Shown here: positions 45,301 through 54,185 of the stretch, piece by piece
Position numbering within the stretch: position 1 is the first letter of the stretch
Layout: each line of letters begins with the position of its first letter
DNA from: Gemmatimonadaceae bacterium
GTDB lineage: Bacteria > Gemmatimonadota > Gemmatimonadetes > Gemmatimonadales > Gemmatimonadaceae
Assembly: GCA_040901985.1 (NCBI GenBank)
Contig: JBBDYC010000003.1
Location: forward strand, 28,283-92,282
Length of the DNA stretch: 64,000 nucleotides
Reading direction: 5' to 3'
The notes under the pieces: model-generated
The model's input: the letters and a program-made list of their open reading frames with translations, nothing else
What the model was told of the DNA's origin: nothing
Database searches by the model: none
Translations under genes and position numbers: made by a program

Positions 45301-45342
45301 GACGCCAAAGCGCGGATCAAGCGTCTCACGGCAAGGGACTAG
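42334..45342 (+). CDS. Hanks-type Ser/Thr protein kinase with TM segment and extracytoplasmic TPR-like region
   Basis: GGGGMARV, VVIK, HRDVKPEN, DFG, GTPAYMAPE; hydrophobic span IAAASVAAVVVAGVW. Confidence 0.92.
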   Translation: MPDDLGPRLQRSLGDAFAIERELGGGGMARVYLARDAALDRRVVIKVLDLEGAIAASGERFRREIKLIAQLQHPHIVPVLTAGGDDTLLWYAMPYVAGESLRARLVREGALPLADALRIARELLDALAFAHEHGVVHRDVKPENILLEGRHAVVADFGVAKALSEAGVSGAGLTSVGLALGTPAYMAPEQAMADATTNHRADLYAAGAVMYEMLAGAAPYTGAAQAVVAAHLTAPIPRIEERRNDVPPAVASLIFRLLAKNPAERPQSAHEVAVALEGVTTPGGGFVTTPTPSPATVTGAFLASIGAVPLPNASRASTWRRRSIAAASVAAVVVAGVWFKSRAEAAPVVEGADVIAVVPFGSTGDSVLARLGRDLVVTMSTNLDGVGLLRAVDAMSVLQRAQQLPQPVPLADARALGEALGARSVLHGSLVREGALVRANLGLYPVGEGDAIARFSTIGSPDSVRALTDSLSAALLRLVWTRGKPPSPLLADVATASGDALRAFLAGEAAFGRSDIPGAIAAYERAVAADSLFAQAWLRIDYSRALFLMGPDTIVRRKVRELSGRLPARDRELLELRIATGITTRERIDSGRVLAARYPDYHTAQYEAGDDIIHGGPLVGIPISEALPYLQRLEVLAPNHADNALHRAMVALVLGDTVELRQSALDVVARAPNQLGEFGRSILRVLEGRRTGRPIPLDSLVAGLPGIADLLSQNPDFAWFPGQFWAPGGAPGESEAHLVAARRSGMFAGHRGAMLHSEGSLDVSRGNVAKGVETLAAVELFNAPTSARLAAARAAAQGAWLGLLPAADAGAAVARARERLKDLRGIDAIELAWAEGVVAIAAGDSVRLRRAIAQVSDTTAFRANVSRGLRALWRERATGLTDSLIASEDAAMVASTTFTPAISLNRLAIGRDLTRRGNPERAEHYLQWTDAVGTSTRNVAVVSTMLGYNSYDRGLAREAAGDRTGAILHLQRFVELVDQPTPALQPQLDDAKARIKRLTARD

Positions 45343-45450
45343 GGAGTCTGCCCCGAGTGGTCGCCCCCGTTGCACAAGGCCGCCAGCCACACTAACTTAC
45401 AAGGCTCACCACGACCCCTTGACGGGCCGCCGCGCGGCCCGGAGCCCGAT

Positions 45451-45831
45451 ATGAATCCGTTCTCCGAGACCCAGAAGGAATTCCTGAAGGACGTCCCCGC
45501 GTTCCGGGCCGGCGACACGCTCCGCGTGAACGTCCGCGTCAAGGAAGGCGAGAAGGAGCGCCTCCAGGCCTTCGAGGGCGTCTGCATCGCCCGCCGCGGT
45601 GCCGGGGTCGGTGCGACCTTCGCGGTCCGCAAGATCTCCAACGGCGTCGGCGTCGAGCGGATCTTCCCGCTCCACTCGCCGATGCTCGCCGAGATCAAGG
45701 TCGTGCGCCGCGGCCGGGTGCGCCGCGCCAAGCTCTACTTCCTCCGCAACGTGACCGGCAAGGCCGCCCGGATCGCCGAGAAGAAGGTCCGCGTGCAGGT
45801 GCCGGTGACGGGCGAGGCGGTCGAGGCGTAA
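45451..45831 (+). CDS. rplS: 50S ribosomal protein L19
   Basis: [42 protein letters not shown]. Confidence 0.98.
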   Translation: MNPFSETQKEFLKDVPAFRAGDTLRVNVRVKEGEKERLQAFEGVCIARRGAGVGATFAVRKISNGVGVERIFPLHSPMLAEIKVVRRGRVRRAKLYFLRNVTGKAARIAEKKVRVQVPVTGEAVEA

Positions 45832-45840
45832 GCCCCCGAC

Positions 45841-46464
45841 GTGGCCGGCGGCTGGAGCGCGATCGAGAAGTCGCTGCGCGCCGCCGGCGCGGTGCACATC
45901 GCCGGTGTGGATGAGGTTGGACGGGGCCCCCTCGCGGGCCCCGTCGTCGTTTGTGCCGTCGTGATGCCAGTGGACCGACGCGCCATCCGGGGCGTGACCG
46001 ACTCCAAGCAGCTCACCGCCGCCGAGCGCGAACGGCTGGCGGGGCGCATCCGCGAGCAGGCCGTCGCCCTCGCGCTCGCCGCCTCGTCGGTGGCCGTGAT
46101 CGGGCGCTGGAACATCTACGAGGCCACGACGCGGGCGATGGCGCGCGCCATCGCCCGGCTTGCGGTGGTGCCCGATCACGTGCTGGTGGACGGCAAGCCC
46201 ATCCGCACGCTCGGCGTCCCCCACCAGGCCATCGTCGGGGGGGATGCCAAGTGCTACAGCATCGCCTGCGCCAGCATCGTCGCCAAGGTGGTACGCGACC
46301 GCCTGATGACGCGGCTCTCCGGACGGCACCCGGTGTATGGCTGGGAGGCCAACGCGGGGTACGGGACGCCGGCACATCTTGCCGCGCTCCGGTCCGCTGG
46401 GCTGACCGCCCACCACCGAATCACATTCTGCCGGACGGCGCTCGGCGCGCAGCTCGAACTCTGA
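45841..46464 (+). CDS. rnhB: Ribonuclease HII
   Basis: GVDEVGRGPLAGPV, DSKQL, VDG, ASIVAKVVRD, GYGT..H. Confidence 0.95.
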   Translation: MAGGWSAIEKSLRAAGAVHIAGVDEVGRGPLAGPVVVCAVVMPVDRRAIRGVTDSKQLTAAERERLAGRIREQAVALALAASSVAVIGRWNIYEATTRAMARAIARLAVVPDHVLVDGKPIRTLGVPHQAIVGGDAKCYSIACASIVAKVVRDRLMTRLSGRHPVYGWEANAGYGTPAHLAALRSAGLTAHHRITFCRTALGAQLEL

Positions 46465-46530
46465 CGCGATCGCCCGGCGCGCCGGCCGCCACCCGGCGCC
46501 GGTGACGCCACCGCTCATTGCTGGAGTCAT

Positions 46531-47085
46531 ATGACCATGGACGGGTTGAGTGACGCGGAGCTGGTGGCGGCGACCCGTGCGGGGAATACCCAGGCCTTTG
46601 CGCAGTTGGTGAGGCGGTATCGGGACCGACACGCGCGCTTTGCCTCGCGGATGCTGGGCGACCGCGACGACGCCGAGGATGTGTTGCAGTCGGCATTCCT
46701 GCGGGCGTATCGGGGACTGGCGCGCTGCGAGGACTCGACGCGATTCGGGGCCTGGCTGCACGCGATCGTGGTCAACGAGTGTCGGACCTTCGCGACGCGA
46801 CGAGGTGTGCGGGAGCGGCGGCTGGTTCGGGACCCGATGGTGATTGACGGAGTGGCGAGCGCCGGCGCGCCGGCAGCCGACAGCGCGCTCCGGCGAGCGA
46901 TCGAACGGGCGCTCGAGGAGTTGCCGGTGGACCAGCGCGAGGCGTTCGTACTGAAGCACGTCGAGGAGCTGGAGTACGAGGAAATGGCGGAAGTGACCGG
47001 GGCAGGGGTCTCGGCGCTCAAGATGCGGGTGAAACGCGCGTGCGAGCGGCTGCGGGAGCGGCTGCAAGGAGTGGTGGATGACTGA
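46531..47085 (+). CDS. ECF (sigma-70 group 4) RNA polymerase sigma factor
   Basis: Region 2 DAEDVLQSAFLRAY..FGAWL; region 4 LPVDQREAFVL..YEEMAE..KMRVKRA. Confidence 0.92.
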   Translation: MTMDGLSDAELVAATRAGNTQAFAQLVRRYRDRHARFASRMLGDRDDAEDVLQSAFLRAYRGLARCEDSTRFGAWLHAIVVNECRTFATRRGVRERRLVRDPMVIDGVASAGAPAADSALRRAIERALEELPVDQREAFVLKHVEELEYEEMAEVTGAGVSALKMRVKRACERLRERLQGVVDD

Positions 47086-47638
47086 TTGGATGAACACCGA
47101 GGAATTCGCGGCGCGCGTGGCGACGCCGCTCAAGGCGCCGGTGACACTCGACGCCGGATTCGAGGCGCGCGTGATGCGCGCCGTCGAGGAGGCGTCGCGC
47201 CCGTGGTGGCAGCGGTCGCGTACCTTCACGCTCTCGCCGATCGGCGGCCTTGCGCTCGCCGCCGGCTTCGCCGGCCTGATGGTCCTCGGCGCGCTGGGTG
47301 GCGCCCGGATGCTCGGCGATGCCCCGGTGGTCGCCGCCGCCGCTCCCGACACGGTGCACGTGGTGCGCTTCATCTTCGTCGAGCCGACCGCTCGGTCGGT
47401 CGCGCTGGCCGGCGACTTCAATGGTTGGTCTCGCACGGCGACGCCGCTCAGCCCTGCCGATGGCTCGGGGGCGTGGACCGTCACCGTCCCGATCACTGCG
47501 GGCAGACACGAGTACTCGTTCATCGTGGACGGCGAGCGCTGGGTGGCCGACCCCTATGCGTTGGCATCGCTGGTGGACGAATTCGGGATTGCCAGTTCGG
47601 TGCTCCTCGTCGGCGGAGACGAACGACGCGGCACTTGA
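47078..47638 (+). CDS. Putative anti-sigma factor with TM helix and C-terminal CBM48/AMPK-type glycogen-binding domain
   Basis: Overlaps the sigma stop; TM span; SVALAGDFNGW, W, HEYSFIVDGERWVADP, DEFG motifs. Confidence 0.8.
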   Translation: MTDWMNTEEFAARVATPLKAPVTLDAGFEARVMRAVEEASRPWWQRSRTFTLSPIGGLALAAGFAGLMVLGALGGARMLGDAPVVAAAAPDTVHVVRFIFVEPTARSVALAGDFNGWSRTATPLSPADGSGAWTVTVPITAGRHEYSFIVDGERWVADPYALASLVDEFGIASSVLLVGGDERRGT

Positions 47639-47645
47639 TCGCCCG

Positions 47646-47918
47646 CTCCTCAACTATTCACCCGAGCTGACGCAGACCGCGTATCGGGTGGGCGACAGCC
47701 TCACCAACATCATCACGCCGCTGAGCTCGAACTTTCCGCTCGTGTTGATGTTCTTCCAGCGCTATCGCTCGACGGCGGGGATCGGGACGCTCACCGCGAC
47801 GATGCTGCCCTACTCGGTGGCGAACTTCGTGGCGTGGACGGTGATGCTCATCGCCTGGGTGCTCCTGGGGCTGCCGACCGGGCCGGGCGCTCCGCTCTTT
47901 CTTGCCGGCCAGCCCTGA
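47646..47918 (+). pseudogene. abgT: 3' remnant of an AbgT-family transporter
   Basis: YSPELTQTAYRVGDSLTNIITP..GIGTL..MLPYS..W..LGLPTGPGAP matches the AbgT C-terminus; about 90 codons with no start. Confidence 0.8.
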
Positions 47919-47991
47919 CTCGGCATTCAGCGTGGGCGGCCGCTAGATTGCGGGTCGGCGGCGGCTCGGGAACCCCTCGGACCGACGTTCC

Positions 47992-48064
47992 GACCCGGTA
48001 GCTCAGCTGGTAGAGCAACGGACTTTTAATCCGTAGTGCGTGGGTTCGATCCCCACCCGGGTCA
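47992..48064 (+). tRNA. tRNA-Lys(TTT)
   Basis: GACCCGG/CCGGGTC acceptor stem, anticodon loop CTTTTAA, GGTTCGATCC; TAGATT -10-like box upstream. Confidence 0.95.
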
Positions 48065-48118
48065 CTCGCAACGCCCGACGGCGCGCCGCAGCGGCCCTGA
48101 ACGAGTAACCGAGAATTT

Positions 48119-49948
48119 ATGTACCTGCTCCGGAGCGCGTTTGCGCTGGGTCTCTGGGCCACCATTGCCCACGCCCAGACCGATTACTACAACACCGACC
48201 GCGGGCGCCCGCTCGCCGTCGAGGACGCCGTGGTCGTCGAGCGGCGCGCCTTCGAGTTCCAACTGATGCCGCTGCGCTTGGAGCGCCCGACGCCGGGGCT
48301 CACCGTGTGGGGGTACGCGCCGGCGTTCGCCTGGGGGATCCTCCCGCGCACGCAGGTCGAGGTGGAGTTCCCGCTGCTCCTGCGGGCGGTGGAGGGATTG
48401 CCGAACACCGGTCCGGGCGGCGCTGGGATCGAACTCGAGCTGCTCCACCAGCTGAACACCGAGTCGTTGCCCTTTCCTGGGTTCGCGCTCGGCGCCGGCG
48501 TCCATCTGCCGACCGGTCCGTTCGGGCCGTCGCGGGCGATTCCCGTGCTCCGCGGTGCGGCGACGCGCACGCTCGGCTGGGGACGTCTCCACGCGAACGT
48601 CGCCTACTCGCCGGGGCAGGCGCTCGCGCCAGCGGACAACGGCGGTTCGTCGCGGTGGTTCGCCGGATTCGCTGTCGACCACACCTTCGCGTTGCGCCAG
48701 CTCCTGGTCGGCGTGGACCTGACCGCCGAGGAATCATTGCGCGACGACGGCGTCGTCGTCTGGCGGAGCACGGTCGGCGTCCGGCGGCAGATGACCTCGC
48801 GGCTCGCGATGGACCTCGGACTCTTCCAGCGGCTTGCGACCGGCGACCCGGAGTGGGGCCTCACGCTGGGCGGCGCCTTCGCGTTCGGGCAGCGCACGGT
48901 GCCGTCGCGTCCCTCGTCACCGCGCGTCTCGACTGGCGCCTGGAGCACCGTCTACGAGCAGCATCAGCTCCAGGCCCCACACAACTTCGCGTTCCGGCGC
49001 CGCTATCCGAACGCGGACCGGCTCTTCAACGCCTTCGACTACGGGCACGCAATCCTCTACGAGACGCTCTATCGGTCGCTCGACGAGGCGCCCCAGCTGC
49101 TCGAGGACCGGGAGTATAGGTTCCTGACCGAGGAGCTCCTGGTGCGGCCGCCCCGTCTCCCGGTGGCGGAGGACGCAATTGAGCCGATCTACGCGCGCCT
49201 CGCGCCGGAGGCCAAGGCGATGTTCGAGTGGGCGCACGTCCTGCATCGGCAGGTCTACGACATCCTTGCCGACGAGCGCCTCGACGCCGCGGCCAAGGGG
49301 CGCGAGATGGCGCGGCTCGAGGCGTACTACCTCTCGCGCCGCGACCTCGCCTTCAGCACGCACCCGAAGACGATGGCGCTGATGCAGGAACAGCCCTACT
49401 CGCTCGCCTTCCGACAGGGATTCCCGAAGTTCAACGGCCTGATCTGGGCGTACCACTGGCTCCAGGTGGGGCTGTACGAGCCGCTCCTCGTCGGGCGCAC
49501 GGCCGAGGAGCGGCAGGCGCTGGTGGCGGCAACCGTGGCGCGCTTCCGGCAGATGCTTCCCGATGCGCCGAACGGGTTCCCGGTCGTGATGCCGATGACG
49601 GCGGCCATCGCCCCGCGATTTGCCGAGCGCTGGCCGACCCTCGCGATCATCTTCGACAACCTGCACTCGATGCACGACGTGATCTCGGACATCCTGGCGA
49701 ATCCGGCGGTCGCCCCCGGCGAGAAGCGCTCGAAGATCCTCAAGGCGGCGGCCGCGTTTCGCGACGACACCACGGAGGTGATGACCGTGGCCGGTTGGCG
49801 CCGGATGTCCGAGATGATGGGTCTGCACAACCAGGGGGGGCCGGCCGTCGGGTTCGCGCCGGAGCTCCCGACACCCACCGTGCCGCGGGGCTTCGTGATG
49901 CGGCACGACAAGGACGGGAATCCGATCGGGGCGCACGACCACCCCTAA
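48119..49948 (+). CDS. Secreted fusion protein: N-terminal outer-membrane beta-barrel plus C-terminal His-rich helical domain
   Basis: Signal peptide (AHA-Q); beta-strand pattern ending GGAFAF at about residue 256; then a helical domain with repeated His motifs. Confidence 0.75.
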   Translation: MYLLRSAFALGLWATIAHAQTDYYNTDRGRPLAVEDAVVVERRAFEFQLMPLRLERPTPGLTVWGYAPAFAWGILPRTQVEVEFPLLLRAVEGLPNTGPGGAGIELELLHQLNTESLPFPGFALGAGVHLPTGPFGPSRAIPVLRGAATRTLGWGRLHANVAYSPGQALAPADNGGSSRWFAGFAVDHTFALRQLLVGVDLTAEESLRDDGVVVWRSTVGVRRQMTSRLAMDLGLFQRLATGDPEWGLTLGGAFAFGQRTVPSRPSSPRVSTGAWSTVYEQHQLQAPHNFAFRRRYPNADRLFNAFDYGHAILYETLYRSLDEAPQLLEDREYRFLTEELLVRPPRLPVAEDAIEPIYARLAPEAKAMFEWAHVLHRQVYDILADERLDAAAKGREMARLEAYYLSRRDLAFSTHPKTMALMQEQPYSLAFRQGFPKFNGLIWAYHWLQVGLYEPLLVGRTAEERQALVAATVARFRQMLPDAPNGFPVVMPMTAAIAPRFAERWPTLAIIFDNLHSMHDVISDILANPAVAPGEKRSKILKAAAAFRDDTTEVMTVAGWRRMSEMMGLHNQGGPAVGFAPELPTPTVPRGFVMRHDKDGNPIGAHDHP

Positions 49949-50023
49949 GGGTCGGGGAAACCCTTACGGAAATTCCGAACCTTCCTTATGGTTGGCGGGA
50001 ATGGCCAAGTCCACCTTCCGCCT

Positions 50024-50683
50024 ATGACAGACGACCTCATCCGAGTGATTCTCGCCGACGACCATTCCGTCGTCCGGGCGGGCCTGAAGGCCGTGCTGGG
50101 GGCGGCCAAGGACATCCACGTGGTGGGCGAGGCGTCGAACGGTCCGGACGCGGTGGCCCTCGCCGAGCGCCTCAAGCCGCACGTCGTGGTGATGGACCTC
50201 TCGATTGGCGAGGTGGATGGCGGGCAGGCGACGAAGATGCTGATCGAGAAGGGCATCCCGTCGCGGGTGCTGATCCTGACGATGCATCCCGAGGACGAGT
50301 ACCTCGTGCCGATGCTCGAGGCCGGCGCCTCGGGCTTCCTGCCGAAGACGGCGGCGGACCGCGAGTTGCTCGAGGCGGTGCGGACGGTGGCCCGGGGAGA
50401 GATCTTCGTCCGCCCGGAGGCGGCGCGCATCCTCGCCAAGGGCTATCAGCGCAAGGACCCGATGCACGAGGACCGGACGCGTTACGAGAAGCTCACCGAG
50501 CGCGAACGCGACGTCCTGCGGCTCGTCGCCCAGGGGTACTCGGCGCCGGAGATCGGCGAGCAGCTCTTCATCTCGCCGAAGACGGTGGACACGTACAAGC
50601 AGCGGATCCAGGACAAGCTCGGGCTCTCGCACCGCCACGAGTACGTGCAGTTCGCGTTGCGGCTGGGCCTGCTGCACGTCTGA
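50024..50683 (+). CDS. NarL/LuxR-family response regulator
   Basis: LADDH, VMDLS, LTMH, LTERERDVL, ISPKTV. Confidence 0.93.
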   Translation: MTDDLIRVILADDHSVVRAGLKAVLGAAKDIHVVGEASNGPDAVALAERLKPHVVVMDLSIGEVDGGQATKMLIEKGIPSRVLILTMHPEDEYLVPMLEAGASGFLPKTAADRELLEAVRTVARGEIFVRPEAARILAKGYQRKDPMHEDRTRYEKLTERERDVLRLVAQGYSAPEIGEQLFISPKTVDTYKQRIQDKLGLSHRHEYVQFALRLGLLHV

Positions 50684-50732
50684 GCGGCGTCACCCTCGCT
50701 GAGGCGCCGTCCGCCGGGCATATTCCGGCCCG

Positions 50733-52574
50733 ATGCCCTCGACCCTCGCGAAACTCCGTTACATCGTCGGCGCCGGGGTGCTCTCGCTCGTCGTCGTGGC
50801 GGGGATTGCGTTCGTGGCCACCGGACGGATGGTGGACGCCGGTGCGGATGACCAGTCGCTGCGCCTGACGCAGGGCCTCGTGGCCCTCTTGATGGTGCTC
50901 GCGCTGGTGCTGGCCTGGTTCGCCTACGCGAGCCTGCACGACGACCTGCGGCGGCGCGCCGAGGCGGAGGCCGCGCTCCGCGCCTCGGAGGCGAAGTTTT
51001 CCGGGATCCTCGAGATTGCCGCCGACGCGATCATCTCGGTGGATTCGCGCCAGCGGATCGTCCACTTCAACCGGGGCGCCGAGCAGATCTTTGGCTGGTC
51101 GGCGGCCGATGCGCTGGGCAAGGAGCTGGCCTTCCTCCTGCCGTCGCGGCACCGCGGCGTCCACGCGCAGCACGTGGCGGGCTTCGGCCGGTCGAGCGAG
51201 TCGTCCCGCGTGATGGGAGAGCGTCGGGTGATCTCGGGCCTCCGTCGCGACGGCTCGGAGTTCCCGGCGGAGGCATCCATCTCCAAGCTCGCGCTGGCCT
51301 CGGGCGAGCATCTCTACACCGTCCTCCTCCGCGACATCACCGAGCGGCGGCTGCACGAGGCGGCGCAGGAGCGGCTCACGCGCGCGGTCGCGATGCTTGG
51401 CGAGACGCTCGAGGTGGACGCCACCGAGCGTTCGATCGTCCATCTCGCACTCCCGTGGCTCGCCGATGGGGCGCTGCTCGACGTCGTGACGGGGACGCAC
51501 CAGCTGCGCCGCGTCCCGGCGCAGGTCGCGGACGCCGGCCTGACGGCGGCGCTCACCGCCCTCGCCGCGGCTCCGCTCGATATGGACTCGCCGTCGCGGG
51601 TCGTGGACGTGTTGCTCCGCGGAGAGCCGGAGTACGTCCCCGAGGTCAGCGACGAATGGTTGGAGGCCCACAGCAGTGACCGGGACGAGTTCGAACGGAT
51701 GCGCGCGCTCGGGATGCGCACGGTGCTCCTGCTCCCGCTGGTGGCGCGTGAACACGTCCTTGGCGTGCTCAAGCTGTTTCGCGTCGCCGGTGGTGAGCCG
51801 TTCAGCGAGGCGGAGCGGGCGGTCGCGCGCGAGGTGGCGCTGCGGGCGGCGTTCGCGCTCGACAACGCGCGGCTCTACGAGCAGGCGCGGCAGGCGACGA
51901 TCGCGCGGGACCACGCGCTGGGCGTGGTCTCGCACGACCTGCGCAATCCGATCTCGGCGATCGGGATGTGCGCGCGTGCCCTCCTCGCGGCAACCGCCGC
52001 CGACGACACCGAGCGGCGGGGCCTGGTGACGACGATCGTGGACTCGACCGAGCTGACGCAGCGGATGATCCGCGACCTGCTCGATGTGGCGAGCATCGAG
52101 GTGGGGCGGTTGGCCGTGGAGCGGCGGACCGTCGCGGTCGCGCCGCTGCTCGAGCGGGCGATGGCGCTCTTTCGCCGCGAAGCCGACGACCGCGGCGTCG
52201 CCTTGCGCGTGCAGCACGAGGCCGACCTGCCGGAGGCAACCGGGGACGAGGAGCGGCTGGTGCAAGTTCTCTCGAACCTGCTCGGCAACGCGCTGCGGTT
52301 CTCCGACCGCGGCGATGAGGTGACGCTCGGGGCGCGGCGCGTCGGCCGGGTACTCGAAATCGCCGTGCGCGACACCGGCGCCGGGATCCCGCCGTCGGAG
52401 CTCCCACGGATATTTGAGCGCTACTGGACCGTACGGCGGAGTACTCCAAAAGGGGGAACCGGGCTCGGCCTCGCCATCGCCCGCGGAATCGTCGAGGCAC
52501 ACGGTGGGCGGCTCTGGGCGGAGAGTGTCCTCGGACAGGGCAGCACCTTCCGGTTCACGGTGCCAGTGGCCTGA
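50733..52574 (+). CDS. Membrane sensor histidine kinase (2 TM, PAS, GAF, HisKA, HATPase)
   Basis: FNRGAEQIFGW, RRDGSEFP, DNARLY, SHDLRNP, NLLGNA, GTGLGLAI. Confidence 0.92.
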   Translation: MPSTLAKLRYIVGAGVLSLVVVAGIAFVATGRMVDAGADDQSLRLTQGLVALLMVLALVLAWFAYASLHDDLRRRAEAEAALRASEAKFSGILEIAADAIISVDSRQRIVHFNRGAEQIFGWSAADALGKELAFLLPSRHRGVHAQHVAGFGRSSESSRVMGERRVISGLRRDGSEFPAEASISKLALASGEHLYTVLLRDITERRLHEAAQERLTRAVAMLGETLEVDATERSIVHLALPWLADGALLDVVTGTHQLRRVPAQVADAGLTAALTALAAAPLDMDSPSRVVDVLLRGEPEYVPEVSDEWLEAHSSDRDEFERMRALGMRTVLLLPLVAREHVLGVLKLFRVAGGEPFSEAERAVAREVALRAAFALDNARLYEQARQATIARDHALGVVSHDLRNPISAIGMCARALLAATAADDTERRGLVTTIVDSTELTQRMIRDLLDVASIEVGRLAVERRTVAVAPLLERAMALFRREADDRGVALRVQHEADLPEATGDEERLVQVLSNLLGNALRFSDRGDEVTLGARRVGRVLEIAVRDTGAGIPPSELPRIFERYWTVRRSTPKGGTGLGLAIARGIVEAHGGRLWAESVLGQGSTFRFTVPVA

Positions 52575-52766
52575 GGCGACGGGACGACGGGCCCTGGCGC
52601 GTGACGCTACGGGCGGGACCTGCGTCACAATGAAACGCGCAGTCAGGGCCGAAATCCCGCGCCGGGGTAGACTACAGGAAGGTTCATCCAGATATTGGGT
52701 TGGCCAAGGCATCGGGTCCCGCTGCGCGACGGCGCTTTGGGGACCCGACCCGAGTGAGGAGTGTTG

Positions 52767-54185
52767 ATGGCAGCAAGGCGAGTGCTGGTGCTTTCCGGGA
52801 TTGTTGTTCTCTCCGCCTGCGGCACGGGGGTGTTTACGCGCGCGGCGTCGGCGCCGGGACCGGCAGTTGCCGCGCCCGACGTCGCCGCGACGCCCGAGGG
52901 CGACTCCGTCGCGTCGAGCTCCCCGGTCAGCGAGGGGTCGCTGACGCCGGTGGTCCCGACGGCGGCGGCCGAAATCCCGGTGGACACCGGCCCCCTCCCT
53001 CCCGCCTGGGACATTGACGTCGGCCCCTACGAGACGCACGCGCGCGTCGAGTACTTCATCGAGCGATTCCGCGGGCCGATCAAGGCCACCTTCGAGCTCG
53101 CGCTCGAGCGGCAATCGCGCTACGCGCCGATGATTCACGAGCGCCTGCGCGCCGGCGGTCTTCCCGACGACATGATCTTCCTGCCGCTGATCGAGAGTTG
53201 GTACGATCCCCACGCCTACTCGGTGGCGGCCGCCGTCGGGATGTGGCAATTCATGACCGCGACGGCCAAGGGGGTTGGCCTCCGCGTGGACTGGTGGATT
53301 GACGAGCGCCGCGACCCGGTGCGCTCCACCGATGGGGCGGTGCGCTACCTGAACGAGTTGCGCGGCAGCTTTGGCTCGACCTACCTCGCCGCCGCGGCGT
53401 ACAACGGTGGGCCGGGGCGCATCGCCCGCGGGCTGTTGGCGCACTCCGCAACCCTCGAGGGCTCGGTCGGCGACGACCTCTTCTTTGCACTCTCCGACAA
53501 CACTGGCGCCCTTCGTGCGGAGACGCGCGATTACGTGCCGAAGCTGATTGCCGCGGCGCTGGTCGGGAAGGATCCGGGGCGTCACGGCGTCGAGGCGCGC
53601 ACGGTGCTGCCGTTCACCTGGGACTCGGTCTCGGTGCCGCCGGCGACGCCGTTGGCCGCCGTGGCAAAGGCCGCCGGCGTCCCGCTCGACACCGTGCTCG
53701 ACTACAACCCGCAGGTCCTGCGCGGGATGACTCCGCCGTCCGGCGCGCCGGTCTGGCTACGGCTGCCGGTCGGCTCGACCGACGGGTTTGCGGCGGCGCT
53801 CGCCGCGCTGCCGGAGGCGGAGCGCACCGCCTTCCGGCGGGTGGTGACCAAGGAAGCCGACTTCATCACGAGGATTGCCCGCGCGAACGGCCTGACCGCG
53901 CAGCAACTCAACTGGTACAACCCGCAGGCCACGCGTCAGGCCAATGGCAACCTCCACGCCGGCCAGCGGATCCTCGTGCCGCGCGCCGACGTCGTGCGCG
54001 CCGCACGCGACGTTCCGAACCCGGCCATCGAGCGCTATGGCGCCTCGAACTTCTATGTCGTGAAGCGCGGCGAGCACCTCTCGCTGATCGCCCGCAAGCA
54101 CGGCACCACGGTCGCCCGCCTCAAGCAGCTCAACCGGCTCCAGTCCGACGTGATCCGGATCGGGCAGCGGCTGCGGGTCCGCTAG
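52767..54185 (+). CDS. mltD: Lytic transglycosylase lipoprotein with LysM domains (MltD-like)
   Basis: Lipobox [27 protein letters not shown]-terminal LysM. Confidence 0.9.
   Translation: MAARRVLVLSGIVVLSACGTGVFTRAASAPGPAVAAPDVAATPEGDSVASSSPVSEGSLTPVVPTAAAEIPVDTGPLPPAWDIDVGPYETHARVEYFIERFRGPIKATFELALERQSRYAPMIHERLRAGGLPDDMIFLPLIESWYDPHAYSVAAAVGMWQFMTATAKGVGLRVDWWIDERRDPVRSTDGAVRYLNELRGSFGSTYLAAAAYNGGPGRIARGLLAHSATLEGSVGDDLFFALSDNTGALRAETRDYVPKLIAAALVGKDPGRHGVEARTVLPFTWDSVSVPPATPLAAVAKAAGVPLDTVLDYNPQVLRGMTPPSGAPVWLRLPVGSTDGFAAALAALPEAERTAFRRVVTKEADFITRIARANGLTAQQLNWYNPQATRQANGNLHAGQRILVPRADVVRAARDVPNPAIERYGASNFYVVKRGEHLSLIARKHGTTVARLKQLNRLQSDVIRIGQRLRVR

Noticed and set aside
47992..52600. 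Integrative element at tRNA-Lys
   Set aside because: No integrase and no duplicated tRNA 3' end were seen.
52601..52628. GTGACGC-N14-GCGTCAC inverted repeat upstream of mltD
   Set aside because: Single occurrence with no U-tract or recognisable operator; could be chance.
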